Shown piece by piece: positions 63,814 through 64,000 of a stretch of 64,000 nucleotides of DNA. This stretch comes from Candidatus Eiseniibacteriota bacterium (GTDB taxonomy: Bacteria; Eisenbacteria; RBG-16-71-46; CAVPCR01). Position 1 is the first letter of the stretch, and the number at the start of each line of letters is the position of its first letter. The notes below the pieces were generated by a model, which was not told the origin of the DNA, searched no databases, and worked only from the letters and a program-made list of their open reading frames with translations. The stretch is from assembly GCA_963823555.1 (NCBI GenBank), contig CAWGMA010000001.1:2176001-2240000 (forward strand), given 5' to 3'. The position numbers were made by a program, and so were the translations under genes.

Positions 63814-64000
63814 CGACCCTCGCTGCGGCCGCGGTCGGCATCCCGGGCGATCCCGCCGCCGGATCCGGGCTCGGCGGCCGGCTCGCAGGCGAAGCTCGCG
63901 ATGCGCGGAGTCGTCGCCGGCAGATCGTCGTCCCCGGCGCGCAGACTCTCGATCAGGACGCCGGTGGCGTCCCTCATGGCCGCCATCAGCTCACGCAGGT
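63810..64000 (-). CDS. 3' end of an upstream CDS truncated by the window edge
   Basis: Open frame ...LRELMAAMRDATGVLIESL...EGR-stop; TGA 63810-63812 overlaps the receptor ATG. Confidence 0.55.
   Translation of the reverse strand, partial: LRELMAAMRDATGVLIESLRAGDDDLPATTPRIASFACEPAAEPGSGGGIARDADRGRSEGR

Overview
High-GC diderm bacterial DNA. The FlgD-type C-terminal domains, a PorV/PorQ-like barrel and C-terminal 'TWGxIK' tails suggest a non-Bacteroidota FCB-associated lineage (Eisenbacteria/Krumholzibacteriota/Latescibacterota-like); this placement is inference. I call about 49 CDS and saw no rRNA, tRNA, CRISPR array or mobile element. Housekeeping genes include miaB, fbp, clpS, ygfZ, an MscS channel and a TIGR03960/TIGR03936 radical SAM fusion. 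Five candidate systems stand out. (1) A seven-gene lipid cluster at 11.2-21.5 kb (fatty acyl-CoA reductase, PlsC-type acyltransferase, HAD-IB phosphatase, STT3-like GT-C enzyme, Zn-dehydrogenase, LarA-domain protein, DAG-kinase-like) reads as a split ether-lipid pathway, with the LarA-superfamily protein as candidate ether-forming enzyme. (2) Three unrelated secreted proteins share a short C-terminal (P/A)V-x3-(T/S)WGxIK tail, a putative minimal sorting signal. (3) A coupled ECF sigma / zinc anti-sigma / exported TPR-CHAT caspase-like protease operon carries its own ECF-type promoter. (4) Tandem SARP-dead cyclase-STAND-TPR giants flank a candidate GGA-rich sRNA. (5) A TonB receptor-PorV-CTD cargo operon ends in a nuclease-less OB-fold surface protein. 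Two genes carry apparent +1 frameshifts. All family calls are from motif recognition only; no searches were run.
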